NCBI GenBank assembly: GCA_038065095.1
Contig: JBBTRR010000001.1
Coordinates: 29,652-93,651, forward strand
Source of the DNA: Patescibacteria group bacterium
Lineage (GTDB): Bacteria; Patescibacteriota; Minisyncoccia; JACQLN01
Direction of reading: 5' to 3'
DNA length: 64,000 nucleotides
Below are positions 37,533 through 47,392 of this stretch, one piece after another. Made by a program: the position numbers and the translations under genes. Numbering within the stretch: the stretch's first letter is position 1; every line of letters starts with the position of its first letter. The notes beneath the pieces were generated by a model that was given only the letters and a program-made list of their open reading frames with translations, had not been told where the DNA came from and ran no database searches.

Positions 37533-38804
37533 ATGCATAATTTTATAAAAGATGTTTGGCCAAATGGTTTAAGAGCAATTTATGTGCCGATGCAAGGAAC
37601 TCAAACTTTAACCTTGTTGGTTTTGGCAGGCACTGGTTCGCGTTACGAAACAAAAGATATAAACGGTATTTCGCACTTTTTGGAACACATGTTTTTTAAA
37701 GGTACTACCAAACGTCCTGGCAAATCGGATATTGCTCATGAACTAGATGCAGTGGGTGCGGCCTACAATGCTTTTACAGATAAAGAATTAACGGGCTATT
37801 GGGTTAAGGTGGATAGCAAACATTCCGATTTAGCTTTTGATGTTGTAAGCGATATATTTTTAAATTCTACAATTCCACAAGAAGAAATAGAAAAAGAACG
37901 CGGTGTAATTATTGGCGAAATAGATATGTATGAAGATACGCCAATGCGAAAAATTGGCGACACCTTTGAAGAATTATTATATGGCGATCAGCCTGCAGGT
38001 TGGGATATTGCCGGCAGAAAAGAAGTTATTCGTTCTATAAATCGACAACATTTTATAGATTACATAGATAAGCACTACCGTTCAAAGGGTATTGTGGTTG
38101 TTGTAGCAGGAAATATTACAGCAGAAGATGCAAAAGAAAAAGTTCATAAATATTTTAGTACAGTAAAAGAAGGCGATGTACCAAAACCACTTCCATGTGT
38201 GGAATCTCAAAGTGAACCACAAATAAAAGTTTTTTATAAGGAAACGGATCAGTGTCATATAATTTTAGGTGCTCGGGCTTATAATATGTTTGATCCTCGC
38301 CGTTGGGCTTTAGGCTTGCTCGCCACAATTTTGGGCGGAGGAATGTCTTCTAGATTATTTATAAGAATTCGTGATGAACTTGGTTTGGGTTATTACATTA
38401 GAGCTTCGTCTACACTTTCGCTAGACCATGGTTACTTCGAAGTAAGTTCTGGAGTTGATACTGCTAGAGTATATGAAGCTGTGGAAGCCATAATGACCGA
38501 ATTAAAAAAGATAAAAGTGAATGGAGTAGAGGAAAGAGAGCTTCAAAAATCTAAGGACTTTATAAGGGGAGGAACATTGCTTGGTTTGGAAGCTTCCGAT
38601 GATTTAGCCTCGTTTTTTGGCCTTCAGGAGGTCTTAACCAATAATGTATTGACAGTTGAACAAAAGTTCAGTATGATGGATAAAGTTACTTTGGCCGACA
38701 TTAAAAGTGTGGCCGAAGATATCTTCCAAAATAAAAATCTCAACTTGGCCGTAATTGGCCCGCTTAAGGACAAGGCAGGCTTTGAAGGGATATTAAAATT
38801 TTGA
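37533..38804 (+). CDS. M16 family zinc peptidase
   Basis: HFLEHMFFKGT, NAFT and GGGMSSRLF motifs. Confidence 0.92.
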   Translation: MHNFIKDVWPNGLRAIYVPMQGTQTLTLLVLAGTGSRYETKDINGISHFLEHMFFKGTTKRPGKSDIAHELDAVGAAYNAFTDKELTGYWVKVDSKHSDLAFDVVSDIFLNSTIPQEEIEKERGVIIGEIDMYEDTPMRKIGDTFEELLYGDQPAGWDIAGRKEVIRSINRQHFIDYIDKHYRSKGIVVVVAGNITAEDAKEKVHKYFSTVKEGDVPKPLPCVESQSEPQIKVFYKETDQCHIILGARAYNMFDPRRWALGLLATILGGGMSSRLFIRIRDELGLGYYIRASSTLSLDHGYFEVSSGVDTARVYEAVEAIMTELKKIKVNGVEERELQKSKDFIRGGTLLGLEASDDLASFFGLQEVLTNNVLTVEQKFSMMDKVTLADIKSVAEDIFQNKNLNLAVIGPLKDKAGFEGILKF

Positions 38805-39841
38805 AATCTCAGTCATCTCATACCGATATCAGCATAACCACGGAAACTTTACTCCGTGCTTTTGCTATTGTACTCGGGCTAGCGCTTATCTATTTAATTC
38901 GTGATGTAATAGCCGTACTTTTGTTTTCTATTATAATTGCAGCTGCTATTACACCGCTGGCTAATTATTTTCAAGGTAAAGGCATACCTAGAACCTTAGG
39001 AGTTTTTGCTATATATTTTTTGGCATTCTTGGTTTTAGGTACAATACTTTATTTTATAATTTCGCCATTATCGGATGAACTGGATAATCTTTCTTTGGTG
39101 GTTCCGCTTTATTTTGATAAAGTAGATGGTTTTTTTAAAGTTATTCGAGATTCGGCTCCGCAGTACGAACAGTTGTTAAATAAGGTTCAAGATAATCTTG
39201 TCGCCATAAGCAATGATCTTGCCAACGTCTCAGGAAATATTTTTGGAGCTACTAGCGGAATATTTGGTGGTTTTATTTCTGCGGTTTTTGTTATTGTTAT
39301 TTCTTTTTACCTAGCAGCACAGGAACATGGTATTAATATGTTTTTGCGTGCAGTTACACCAAAAGAAAAACAGCCTTACGTTTTAAATTTATGGTCTCGC
39401 GCCCAATACAAACTTGGACGTTGGCTTCAAGCTCAATTAATTCTTAGCATAATAGTCGGTGTTTTAATTTATATCGGGCTTTTGATTTTTGGAATTAACC
39501 ATAGGGTGCTTTTAGCTTTAATTGCCGGCATAATGGAAATAATTCCAATATTTGGTCCCGTACTGGCTGCGGTCCCCGCTATAATTTTAGGTTTACTAAA
39601 GTCCCCGATAGTAGCACTTTGGGTAATTCTTATATACACTATTATTCATCAATTGGAGAATCATGTTTTTGTGCCTAATATAATGAATCGCGCCGTTGGG
39701 CTTAATCCTGTTATAGTTATAATATCTTTGCTTATTGGTGGTGAACTTTTTGGTATACCAGGTATAATTCTTTCTGTGCCGGTGGCTGTAGTTTTAGTAG
39801 AAATTATAAAAGATTTTGGGCATCATCACGAAGAAGTTTAA
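38801..39841 (+). CDS. AI-2E family transporter
   Basis: IPIFGP, QLENH..P and GIPGIILSVP motifs. Confidence 0.88.
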   Translation: MKSQSSHTDISITTETLLRAFAIVLGLALIYLIRDVIAVLLFSIIIAAAITPLANYFQGKGIPRTLGVFAIYFLAFLVLGTILYFIISPLSDELDNLSLVVPLYFDKVDGFFKVIRDSAPQYEQLLNKVQDNLVAISNDLANVSGNIFGATSGIFGGFISAVFVIVISFYLAAQEHGINMFLRAVTPKEKQPYVLNLWSRAQYKLGRWLQAQLILSIIVGVLIYIGLLIFGINHRVLLALIAGIMEIIPIFGPVLAAVPAIILGLLKSPIVALWVILIYTIIHQLENHVFVPNIMNRAVGLNPVIVIISLLIGGELFGIPGIILSVPVAVVLVEIIKDFGHHHEEV

Positions 39842-39857
39842 AATGAATTAATCTTTA

Positions 39858-39984
39858 TCAAAATATCAGCCTTCACAGACGACATGGAGCCTCTTTATTT
39901 ATATAAGATAGTCTTCCTGCCTATGGCAGGTAAACTCCATACCTGCCCGCCTTTGGCGGGATGCTGTTCAGGCTGATGTTTTGA
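39858..39984 (+). repeat. dispersed hairpin element, copy E (long form)
   Basis: Outer stem TCAAAATATCAGCCT/AGGCTGATGTTTTGA; core plus CCTGCC..GGCAGG and CCCGCC..GGCGGG inserts. Confidence 0.85.
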
Positions 39985-39990
39985 AAACTC

Positions 39991-41472
39991 ATGAATAAGT
40001 TTTATATTACAACCGCTATTGATTATGTTAATGGCAAGCCTCACATTGGACACGCTTTAGAAAAGATTCAAGCGGATGTTTTGGCGCGTTACCACAGAAT
40101 AAAAGGTGATGACGTGTTCTTTTTAACGGGCACCGACGAACACGGTGTTAAGATTTTTCGTGAAGCCGAAAGAGCTGGTAAAGATACGCAGGATTTTGTA
40201 AACGAAAATGCAGAATATTTTAAACAATTAAAAACCGTTTTAAATCTTTCTTGGGATGAATTTATTAGAACTACCGATAAAGAAAAACATTGGTTGGGAG
40301 TTCAAAAGTTATGGCAGAAGCTTTACGAGGCTGGTGATATTTATAAGAAAAAATATAATGGTCTTTATTGTGTTGGCTGTGAATCTTTTAAAACAGATAG
40401 AGATTTAATAGATGGTAAGTGTCAGGATCACCAAAAAGAACCAGAACTGGTTGAGCAAGAAAATTGGTTTTTTAGGCTTTCAAAATATCAAAAAGAAATA
40501 GAATCAAGAATTAAGAATAACGAATTAAGAATAATTCCGGAGTCCAGAAAAAATGAAATTTTGTCTTTTATAGAATCGGGTTTAGAAGACATTAGTTTTT
40601 CTAGGCCAAAAAAAGATTTACCGTGGGGTGTTCCTGTGCCAAACGATGCAGATCAAGTAATGTATGTTTGGTGCGATGCTTTGTCTAACTATATAACCGC
40701 AATTGGTTATGGTGATGAAACCGAGCAATTTAAAAAACTTTGGCCGGCTGATCTTCAGATTATAGGTAAAGATATTTTGCGTTTTCATGCTGCTATTTGG
40801 CCAGGCATACTTTTGTCGGCTGGTTTAGCTTTGCCTAAAAAGCTTTTTGTTCACGGTTTTGTTTCAGTAGAGGGGCAAAAAATGTCTAAAAGTTTGGGTA
40901 ATATTGTAGACCCTGTGTCGCTTGCTAAAAAATATGGAACAGATGCTTTGCGTTATTATCTTTTACGAGAAATTCCTTCATACGAAGATGGAGATTTTAG
41001 TTTAAGAAAATTTGAAGATAGATATTCTGCGGATTTAGCTAATGGTTTAGGAAACTTAGTGGCGCGAATAGTGACTTTAGGAGAAAAAAACCACCCTTCT
41101 GGTAGTATCTCTTTTGATTTTGGAGATGACATCATTGATATGGTCAAAAAAGAGAGTAATCGTATTTTCCGTGAATACGAAAATAAAATTTCAGAATTCA
41201 AACTGCATGAAGCCTTGGGGGTTGTCTGGGAACTTATAGGTATAGCTGATAAATATATTAACGAGACAAAGCCATGGGAAAAATACGATATAATTTTAAG
41301 TGGTGAATTTAGAAAAATAATGGCGAATTCTGGTTATTTGCTGGGTGTTATACTAAATTTAGTTGAGCCATTTTTGCCAGAAACAGGTGAAAGAATTAGA
41401 AAACAGATTTGGTTTACGGAATCTGCGATAAACTTTAAGAAAGGAGAAAATTTGTTTCCTAGGTTAAATTAA
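39991..41472 (+). CDS. metG: methionine-tRNA ligase
   Basis: PHIGHA, GTDEHG, YVWCDAL and KMSKSLGN motifs. Confidence 0.96.
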   Translation: MNKFYITTAIDYVNGKPHIGHALEKIQADVLARYHRIKGDDVFFLTGTDEHGVKIFREAERAGKDTQDFVNENAEYFKQLKTVLNLSWDEFIRTTDKEKHWLGVQKLWQKLYEAGDIYKKKYNGLYCVGCESFKTDRDLIDGKCQDHQKEPELVEQENWFFRLSKYQKEIESRIKNNELRIIPESRKNEILSFIESGLEDISFSRPKKDLPWGVPVPNDADQVMYVWCDALSNYITAIGYGDETEQFKKLWPADLQIIGKDILRFHAAIWPGILLSAGLALPKKLFVHGFVSVEGQKMSKSLGNIVDPVSLAKKYGTDALRYYLLREIPSYEDGDFSLRKFEDRYSADLANGLGNLVARIVTLGEKNHPSGSISFDFGDDIIDMVKKESNRIFREYENKISEFKLHEALGVVWELIGIADKYINETKPWEKYDIILSGEFRKIMANSGYLLGVILNLVEPFLPETGERIRKQIWFTESAINFKKGENLFPRLN

Positions 41473-41478
41473 ATACAC

Positions 41479-41565
41479 AAAAACATCGTTCCTCACAGAC
41501 GATATGGAGCCTCTTTATTTATATAAATAAGTCTTCTCCATAATGCTGTTCGGAACGATATTTTT
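41479..41565 (+). repeat. dispersed hairpin element, copy D
   Basis: Outer stem AAAAACATCGTTCC/GGAACGATATTTTT; inner stem TATGGAG/CTCCATA. Confidence 0.85.
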
Positions 41566-41576
41566 TCTTAAACATA

Positions 41577-42404
41577 ATGAATCCAAAATTAATAGACGCT
41601 CATACGCACGTTCAATTTGCTACATACAAAGACGATAGAGACGAAGTTATAAAAAGATCTTTAGACACTGGAATTTGGATGGTTAATGTTGGTACGCAAA
41701 TAGATACTTCGCTTGAGGCAATTAAACTTGCCGAAAAATATTCACAAGGTGTTTATGCAACTGTTGGCTTGCATCCGGTTCATACGGATAAATCGTTTCA
41801 TGACAAAGCTGAGCTTGGTGAAGGAGGAATGGAATTTACTAGTAAGGGTGAGGTTTTTGATTACGAGGAATATAAAAAATTGGCGCTTAATCCAAAAGTT
41901 GTGGCTATAGGTGAGTGCGGTTTAGATTATTATCATTCGGCAGAATATAGAAAAAAACAGGAGAAAGTTTTCATAGAACAAATAGAATTAGCATATGAGG
42001 TTAAAAAACCTTTAATGATTCACTGTCGCAAAGCTTTTGACGATTTATTAAATGTTTTAAGGGATAATCGGCATAAATTACAAACTGTTCCGGGTATAAT
42101 ACATTTTTTTAGTGGTGACTTGAAACAAGCGACCATGCTTTTAGATATGGGTTTTTATTTTACATTTGGCGGTGTAGTAACTTTTACTCGCGATTACGAC
42201 GAAATTATAAAAACTGTTCCTATTAACCGTTTGCTTTTAGAAACTGATGCTCCTTATGTAACTCCAGCGCCATTTCGCGGTCAGCGTAACGAGCCTGTGT
42301 ATGTGGTGGAGGTGGCTAAAAAAATTGGTGAAATAAAAAATATTGATTTCGAAGAAGTTTCTCATCACACCATAGAAAACGCAAGGAACATTTTTAAAAT
42401 ATAA
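41577..42404 (+). CDS. tatD: TatD family nuclease
   Basis: DAHTH, GLHP, GECGLDY, IHCR and ETDAPY motifs. Confidence 0.93.
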   Translation: MNPKLIDAHTHVQFATYKDDRDEVIKRSLDTGIWMVNVGTQIDTSLEAIKLAEKYSQGVYATVGLHPVHTDKSFHDKAELGEGGMEFTSKGEVFDYEEYKKLALNPKVVAIGECGLDYYHSAEYRKKQEKVFIEQIELAYEVKKPLMIHCRKAFDDLLNVLRDNRHKLQTVPGIIHFFSGDLKQATMLLDMGFYFTFGGVVTFTRDYDEIIKTVPINRLLLETDAPYVTPAPFRGQRNEPVYVVEVAKKIGEIKNIDFEEVSHHTIENARNIFKI

Positions 42405-42463
42405 TTTGTAAATTATTCTCTATTGTTATATTCTGTCATAAACCATAATTAAGGAGGTCAAAA

Positions 42464-42751
42464 ATGGCAAAGCCTAAGACCAAACGAGTAATTATAGGAA
42501 CCAGTATTACCGCAACCAGAGCTGTGAAGGGAAAGGTTCCCGAGACATCTTTATTATGTAAGATCCCCAATGTTCTTTTAAGTCTAGATCAGCGTACGCA
42601 TATCGCCGTATACAAGCCTGATGGCTCTCTGGATACTGGGAATATTTTCAAATTCGAGATAGCAGCAGATACTCTTGCTATAACCATGGATGAAAATAGC
42701 AAGGTAGAAAGTATTACACGTTCTTATCGCCTTGAAGAAAAAACAGAGTAG
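42464..42751 (+). CDS. hypothetical protein
   Basis: AAGGAGGT RBS; terminator AAATCCGCC-TATC-GGCGGATTT at about 42767-42790. Confidence 0.6.
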   Translation: MAKPKTKRVIIGTSITATRAVKGKVPETSLLCKIPNVLLSLDQRTHIAVYKPDGSLDTGNIFKFEIAADTLAITMDENSKVESITRSYRLEEKTE

Positions 42752-42875
42752 TTCTGTGTAACAAATAAATCCGCCTATCGGCGGATTTTTCTTGCTTTAA
42801 ACCTCCTTTTTCGCTATTTTAGATAGATACAAATGGCTCCTCCTTCGCGCAAGGCTACGGAAGGACAAGTAAAAA

Positions 42876-45266
42876 ATGAAGTACAACCATAAAAAAGTAG
42901 AATCTAAATGGCATAAGAAGTGGGTTTTAGAGAAGGTTTATGAACCCGATCTTAAAAATGCCAAGAATTCATACTATAACTTGATGATGTTTCCATATCC
43001 TTCAGCCGAAGGGTTACACGTGGGTAATATGTATGCTTTTGTTGGTAGCGACATTCATGGGCGTTTTAAAAGAATGCAGGGCTTTAATGTTTTTGAACCG
43101 ATTGGCCTTGATGGTTTTGGCATTCATTCCGAAAATTACGCTTTAAAAATTGGCGAGCATCCTATGGATCAAGCTAGAGTTTCCGAGAAGAATTTTTACC
43201 GCCAATTACAAATGATAGGTAATGGTTTTGCTTGGAATGAAAAATTAGAAACTTACGATCCCGAATATTATAAATGGACTCAATGGATTTTTATTCAGCT
43301 TTATAAAAAAGGTTTGGCTTATCGTAAAAAATCGGCAGTTAATTGGTGCCCTTCTTGCTTAACAGTTTTAGCCGATGAGCAGGTTATTAGCGGTGAATGC
43401 GAAAGGTGTAATACAAAAGTTATTAAAAAAGAACTAGAACAATGGTTTTTTAGAATTACCAAATATGCCGATAAGCTTTTAAAGGGTTTGGATAAAATTG
43501 ATTGGAGTGAAAAAGTAAAAATCGCACAACGGAATTGGATAGGTAAATCGGAAGGCGCTTCTATTAAATTTAGTTTAGTAGATGTTACAGGTCAAAAAAA
43601 TGGCAAACATTTTGTAGAAGTTTTTACTACACGCCCAGATACAATTTTTGGCGTAACTTTTGTTGCAATTTCACCAGAAAAGGCAAAGTTTTGGTTAGAT
43701 ATTGGTTGGCAAGCAGGTGAAGAAGTAAAAAGTTATATTACTAAAGCTCTTTCCGAAAGAGTTGCTAAAGATCAAAACCAAGATAAGGATAAATCCGGCA
43801 TATTTTCTGGTATCTTAGCAGTTAACCCAGCTAATAACGAAAAAATTCCAGTTTGGATTTCGGATTATATTTTGGCCGGCTATGGCACAGGTGCTGTTAT
43901 GGGAGTTCCAGCGCACGATGAGCGTGATTTTGAATTTGCTAAAAAATTCGAGTTGGCAATAAGTGACGCGTCTCTTGTTTCCATCGAAGAAGGAATAAAA
44001 AAAAGTGGCGGCAAAAAAACAGTTCAATTTCGACTTCGCGATTGGTTGATTTCTCGCCAGCGTTATTGGGGTGCGCCAATACCAATGATTCATTGTGAAA
44101 AATGCGGCTGGCAAACAGTGCCAGAAAAAGATTTACCAGTTAGATTGCCTTACATAAAAAACTTTAGGCCAACTGGTACAAGCGAGTCGCCTTTAGCAGC
44201 CAATGAAAATTTTTATAAAGTTAAATGTCCTAAATGCGAAGGTGTAGCCAGAAGGGAAACCGATGTTTCCGATACATTTTTAGATTCGGCTTGGTATTAC
44301 CTCGGATATCTTATGCTCGGAAATAAAAAATCTCTACTTCGCCGAGGCTACGCAGGGCAAGCAAAAAATAAAAAATTCTATTTTGATGGCGGATTAGTTA
44401 AAAAATGGTGCCCGGTGAACATGTATATTGGTGGCGCGGAACATTCTGTTTTGCATTTATTGTATGTTCGTTTCTTGGCAATGGTTTTTAAAGATTTACG
44501 TTTAACCAATTTTGGCGAACCTTTTAAAAAGTTTAGGGCACATGGCTTGTTAATAAAAGATGGGGCTAAGATGTCGAAATCGAAAGGGAACGTTATTAAT
44601 CCCGATGAATATATTAAAAATTATGGTGCCGATGTTTTAAGAATGTACTTAATGTTTTTGGGACCGTTTGATCAAGGTGGTGATTTTAGAGACGGTGGAA
44701 TAAAAGGAATAACCAGATTTTTAGATAGAGTGTGGAAAATTGCTAATAGCGACAAGCGATCCCACTACGCTAAAGCTTCGAGGGACGGGCAAGGGACAAG
44801 CGAAGAATTAAATAAGAAAATACACAAAACTATTAAGAAAGTTACGGAAGATATAGAAAATTTAAATTACAATACTTCGATTTCGGCTTTGATGGTTTTG
44901 TTAAATGAATTTGAGGCAAATATGGAATCTGTTGGTAAAAACGAATTAGAAATTTTTACTAAGCTTTTAGCGCCATTTGCACCACACATGAGCGAAGAGG
45001 TTTGGCGAGAAATTTTAAAGAATAAAAAATCTATTCATATAGCGCCTTGGCCAAAATTTGATTCTAAGCTAATTAAAGACGCAGAAGTAGATGTGGTGGT
45101 TCAGGTTAATGCTAAAATGCGCGCGGTTATAAAACTGCCTGCGGGTGCCTCGCAAAAAGATGTTGAAATCGCCGCTAAAAACAACGAAAACATTTCTAAA
45201 TATCTTATTTCCCCAATTAAAAAAGTTATCTTTATTAAAGATAAATTTATAAATTTTGTGGTTTAA
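42876..45266 (+). CDS. leuS: leucine-tRNA ligase
   Basis: MFPYPSAEGLHVGN, FTTRPDT, SRQRYWGAP and KMSKSKGN motifs. Confidence 0.96.
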   Translation: MKYNHKKVESKWHKKWVLEKVYEPDLKNAKNSYYNLMMFPYPSAEGLHVGNMYAFVGSDIHGRFKRMQGFNVFEPIGLDGFGIHSENYALKIGEHPMDQARVSEKNFYRQLQMIGNGFAWNEKLETYDPEYYKWTQWIFIQLYKKGLAYRKKSAVNWCPSCLTVLADEQVISGECERCNTKVIKKELEQWFFRITKYADKLLKGLDKIDWSEKVKIAQRNWIGKSEGASIKFSLVDVTGQKNGKHFVEVFTTRPDTIFGVTFVAISPEKAKFWLDIGWQAGEEVKSYITKALSERVAKDQNQDKDKSGIFSGILAVNPANNEKIPVWISDYILAGYGTGAVMGVPAHDERDFEFAKKFELAISDASLVSIEEGIKKSGGKKTVQFRLRDWLISRQRYWGAPIPMIHCEKCGWQTVPEKDLPVRLPYIKNFRPTGTSESPLAANENFYKVKCPKCEGVARRETDVSDTFLDSAWYYLGYLMLGNKKSLLRRGYAGQAKNKKFYFDGGLVKKWCPVNMYIGGAEHSVLHLLYVRFLAMVFKDLRLTNFGEPFKKFRAHGLLIKDGAKMSKSKGNVINPDEYIKNYGADVLRMYLMFLGPFDQGGDFRDGGIKGITRFLDRVWKIANSDKRSHYAKASRDGQGTSEELNKKIHKTIKKVTEDIENLNYNTSISALMVLLNEFEANMESVGKNELEIFTKLLAPFAPHMSEEVWREILKNKKSIHIAPWPKFDSKLIKDAEVDVVVQVNAKMRAVIKLPAGASQKDVEIAAKNNENISKYLISPIKKVIFIKDKFINFVV

Positions 45267-45272
45267 TTTTTC

Positions 45273-45358
45273 TAAAATATCATTCTTCGCAGACGACACG
45301 GAGGCCTCTCAATTGTAGAATCGGTCATCTCCATGATGCTGCTCAGAATGATATTTTA
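45273..45358 (+). repeat. dispersed hairpin element, copy C
   Basis: Core nearly identical to copies A and B; outer stem TAAAATATCATTCT/AGAATGATATTTTA. Confidence 0.9.
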
Positions 45359-45366
45359 TATTGTAA

Positions 45367-46017
45367 GTGAAAATTTTAGATATTCGCAATAATTTTTCTC
45401 CAGAACTCGCCTCTAAAGAAGCGGCGCTAGCTTTGTTAAAAGGACGAGTGATAGTTTACCCTACCGATACGCTTTATGGCATGGGTGCTAATGCTTTCGA
45501 CAATGATGCTATAAGAAAAATTTTTGCTATTAAAAAACGTTCAGAAAAAAAACCATTACCAGTAATGGTAGGTTCCATAAGTATGGCCAAAGCCATGGCA
45601 GTTATAGATAAGCCGAGAGAAAAAATATTAAAAAGTTTTTGGCCGGGGCCTTTTACTTTTATATTAAAAAAGAAGCCAAGTATTTCTTTCTTGCTTACCG
45701 CTGGCAGAAATTCTATAGCTTTAAGAGTTCCCGATAATTATTTTTGTCAAAACCTAATTAAAGATTTTGAAGGGCCAGTTACGGCAACTTCGGCTAATAT
45801 TTCGGGCGAGGCTGATTATTTTGATTCTAGAGAAATAATAGAAAGGTTTAGCCTAGAAGAAATTCAGCCAGACTTGTTTATAGACAACGGAGTTTTGCCG
45901 GAATCCGATCCATCAACCATAATTGATCTAACCACAGATAATGTTAGAATAGTTAGAATTAATCCAACCAACAAAGAAAATTTTTTAAATATTTTAAAAA
46001 ATATACAGATAAAATAA
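45367..46017 (+). CDS. tsaC: threonylcarbamoyl-AMP synthase (YrdC/Sua5)
   Basis: YPTDTLYG, KKR...KPL, WPGPFT and TSANISG motifs. Confidence 0.92.
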   Translation: MKILDIRNNFSPELASKEAALALLKGRVIVYPTDTLYGMGANAFDNDAIRKIFAIKKRSEKKPLPVMVGSISMAKAMAVIDKPREKILKSFWPGPFTFILKKKPSISFLLTAGRNSIALRVPDNYFCQNLIKDFEGPVTATSANISGEADYFDSREIIERFSLEEIQPDLFIDNGVLPESDPSTIIDLTTDNVRIVRINPTNKENFLNILKNIQIK

Positions 46018-46067
46018 TATAAAACTTAATATATCTTCGCTCCTACAAGGAGGATCTTTTATATCAA

Positions 46068-47285
46068 ATGGATTCAAATATAATAAAACTTTTACAGCTC
46101 GAAAAGGATCGCCAGAAAGAAACTATAAATTTAATTCCTTCGGAAAATTTAGTTTCAAAAAATGTCTTAACTGTTTTAGGTTCGGTCTTAACCAATAAGT
46201 ATGCCGAAGGGAAGTCGCATCAGCGTTATTATTTTGGTAACGAAATTGTAGACAAAATAGAAGACGAAACTAAAGCTATGGTTTATAAAGTTTTTGGAAT
46301 CTCGGAAAGTGAATGGGGTGTAAATGTTCAATCGTACTCTGGCAGTATTGCTAATTTAGCAGCTTATCTTGGGGTTTTGGAATTAGGGGACAAAGTTTTG
46401 GCTATGTCGCTAGAGCATGGTGGGCATTTAACACACGGGCATAAAGTAAGTTTTACTGGGAAAATATTTAAGTTTGAGCACTATGGTGTGGGTAAAGATG
46501 GTTTATTAAATTACGAATCTATTTTAGAACAAGCTAAAAAATTTAATCCTAAACTAATTGTGGCTGGGGCAACGGCATATCCAAGAACAATAGATTTTAA
46601 AAAATTTAAAGAAATTGCAGATGCTGTTGGCGCAAAATTAATGATAGATCTATCTCATATTGCGGGTTTGGTTGCGGGTGATGTTCACCTGTCGCCATTT
46701 CCTTATGCAGATGTTGTTACAACTACAACGCATAAAACTTTGCGTGGTCCGCGAGGCGCTATAGTTATTTCTAAAAAAGAATTATCGGATAATATAGATA
46801 AAGCTGTTTTCCCTGGTTTACAAGGCGGGCCACAATTGCATACTATTGCCGCCATCGGAATTTCGCTTGAAGAAGCTACAAAACCCAATTTTAAAGAATA
46901 TGCAAACCAAATAGTTAAAAATGCTAAAGCTTTAGCCGAGGAATTAATCAAACTTGGTTTTTCTGTTGTATCCGGGGGCACGGATAATCACTTAATGCTG
47001 GTAGACGCTGCACCCCTTGGTTTAACAGGTTCGGAAGCTGGAAAGAAATTAGAAGAGGTTGGCATAATTGTTAACAAAAATATGATTCCATTTGATCCGC
47101 GTAAGCCATGGGATCCTTCTGGTATAAGAATTGGCACGCCATCGGTAACTACCAGAGGTATGAAAGAAGAAGAAATGAAAAAAATAGCAGAGCTAATCCA
47201 TATGACCTTACAAAATAAAGAAGATTTAGGTAAAATAAAGGCAGAGGTTAAAAGTTTAGCTAATAGATTTATTTTTACAGGGTGA
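46068..47285 (+). CDS. glyA: serine hydroxymethyltransferase
   Basis: LIPSEN, NKYAEG, GGHLTHG and TTTHKTLRGPRG motifs. Confidence 0.97.
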   Translation: MDSNIIKLLQLEKDRQKETINLIPSENLVSKNVLTVLGSVLTNKYAEGKSHQRYYFGNEIVDKIEDETKAMVYKVFGISESEWGVNVQSYSGSIANLAAYLGVLELGDKVLAMSLEHGGHLTHGHKVSFTGKIFKFEHYGVGKDGLLNYESILEQAKKFNPKLIVAGATAYPRTIDFKKFKEIADAVGAKLMIDLSHIAGLVAGDVHLSPFPYADVVTTTTHKTLRGPRGAIVISKKELSDNIDKAVFPGLQGGPQLHTIAAIGISLEEATKPNFKEYANQIVKNAKALAEELIKLGFSVVSGGTDNHLMLVDAAPLGLTGSEAGKKLEEVGIIVNKNMIPFDPRKPWDPSGIRIGTPSVTTRGMKEEEMKKIAELIHMTLQNKEDLGKIKAEVKSLANRFIFTG

Positions 47286-47287
47286 TC

Positions 47288-47386
47288 AGAATATTGCAGT
47301 TTCGCTCGCCAAGGGGGAAAGTTTTTCAACCCCCTCATTATAAATATTTTGGTATCCCCCTTGAATTCGCTCAACAGCAATATTCT
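47288..47386. repeat. intergenic hairpin element with TTCGCTC internal loops
   Basis: AGAATATTGC/GCAATATTCT outer stem, CAAGGGGGA/TCCCCCTTG inner stem, TTCGCTC on both arms. Confidence 0.55.
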
Positions 47387-47392
47387 TTTCTA

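Noticed and set aside
3554-45358. Repeats as a CRISPR array or integron attC sites
   Set aside because: Copies are kilobases apart with no spacer periodicity, there are no cas or integrase genes, and no consistent RYYYAAC/GTTRRRY ends.
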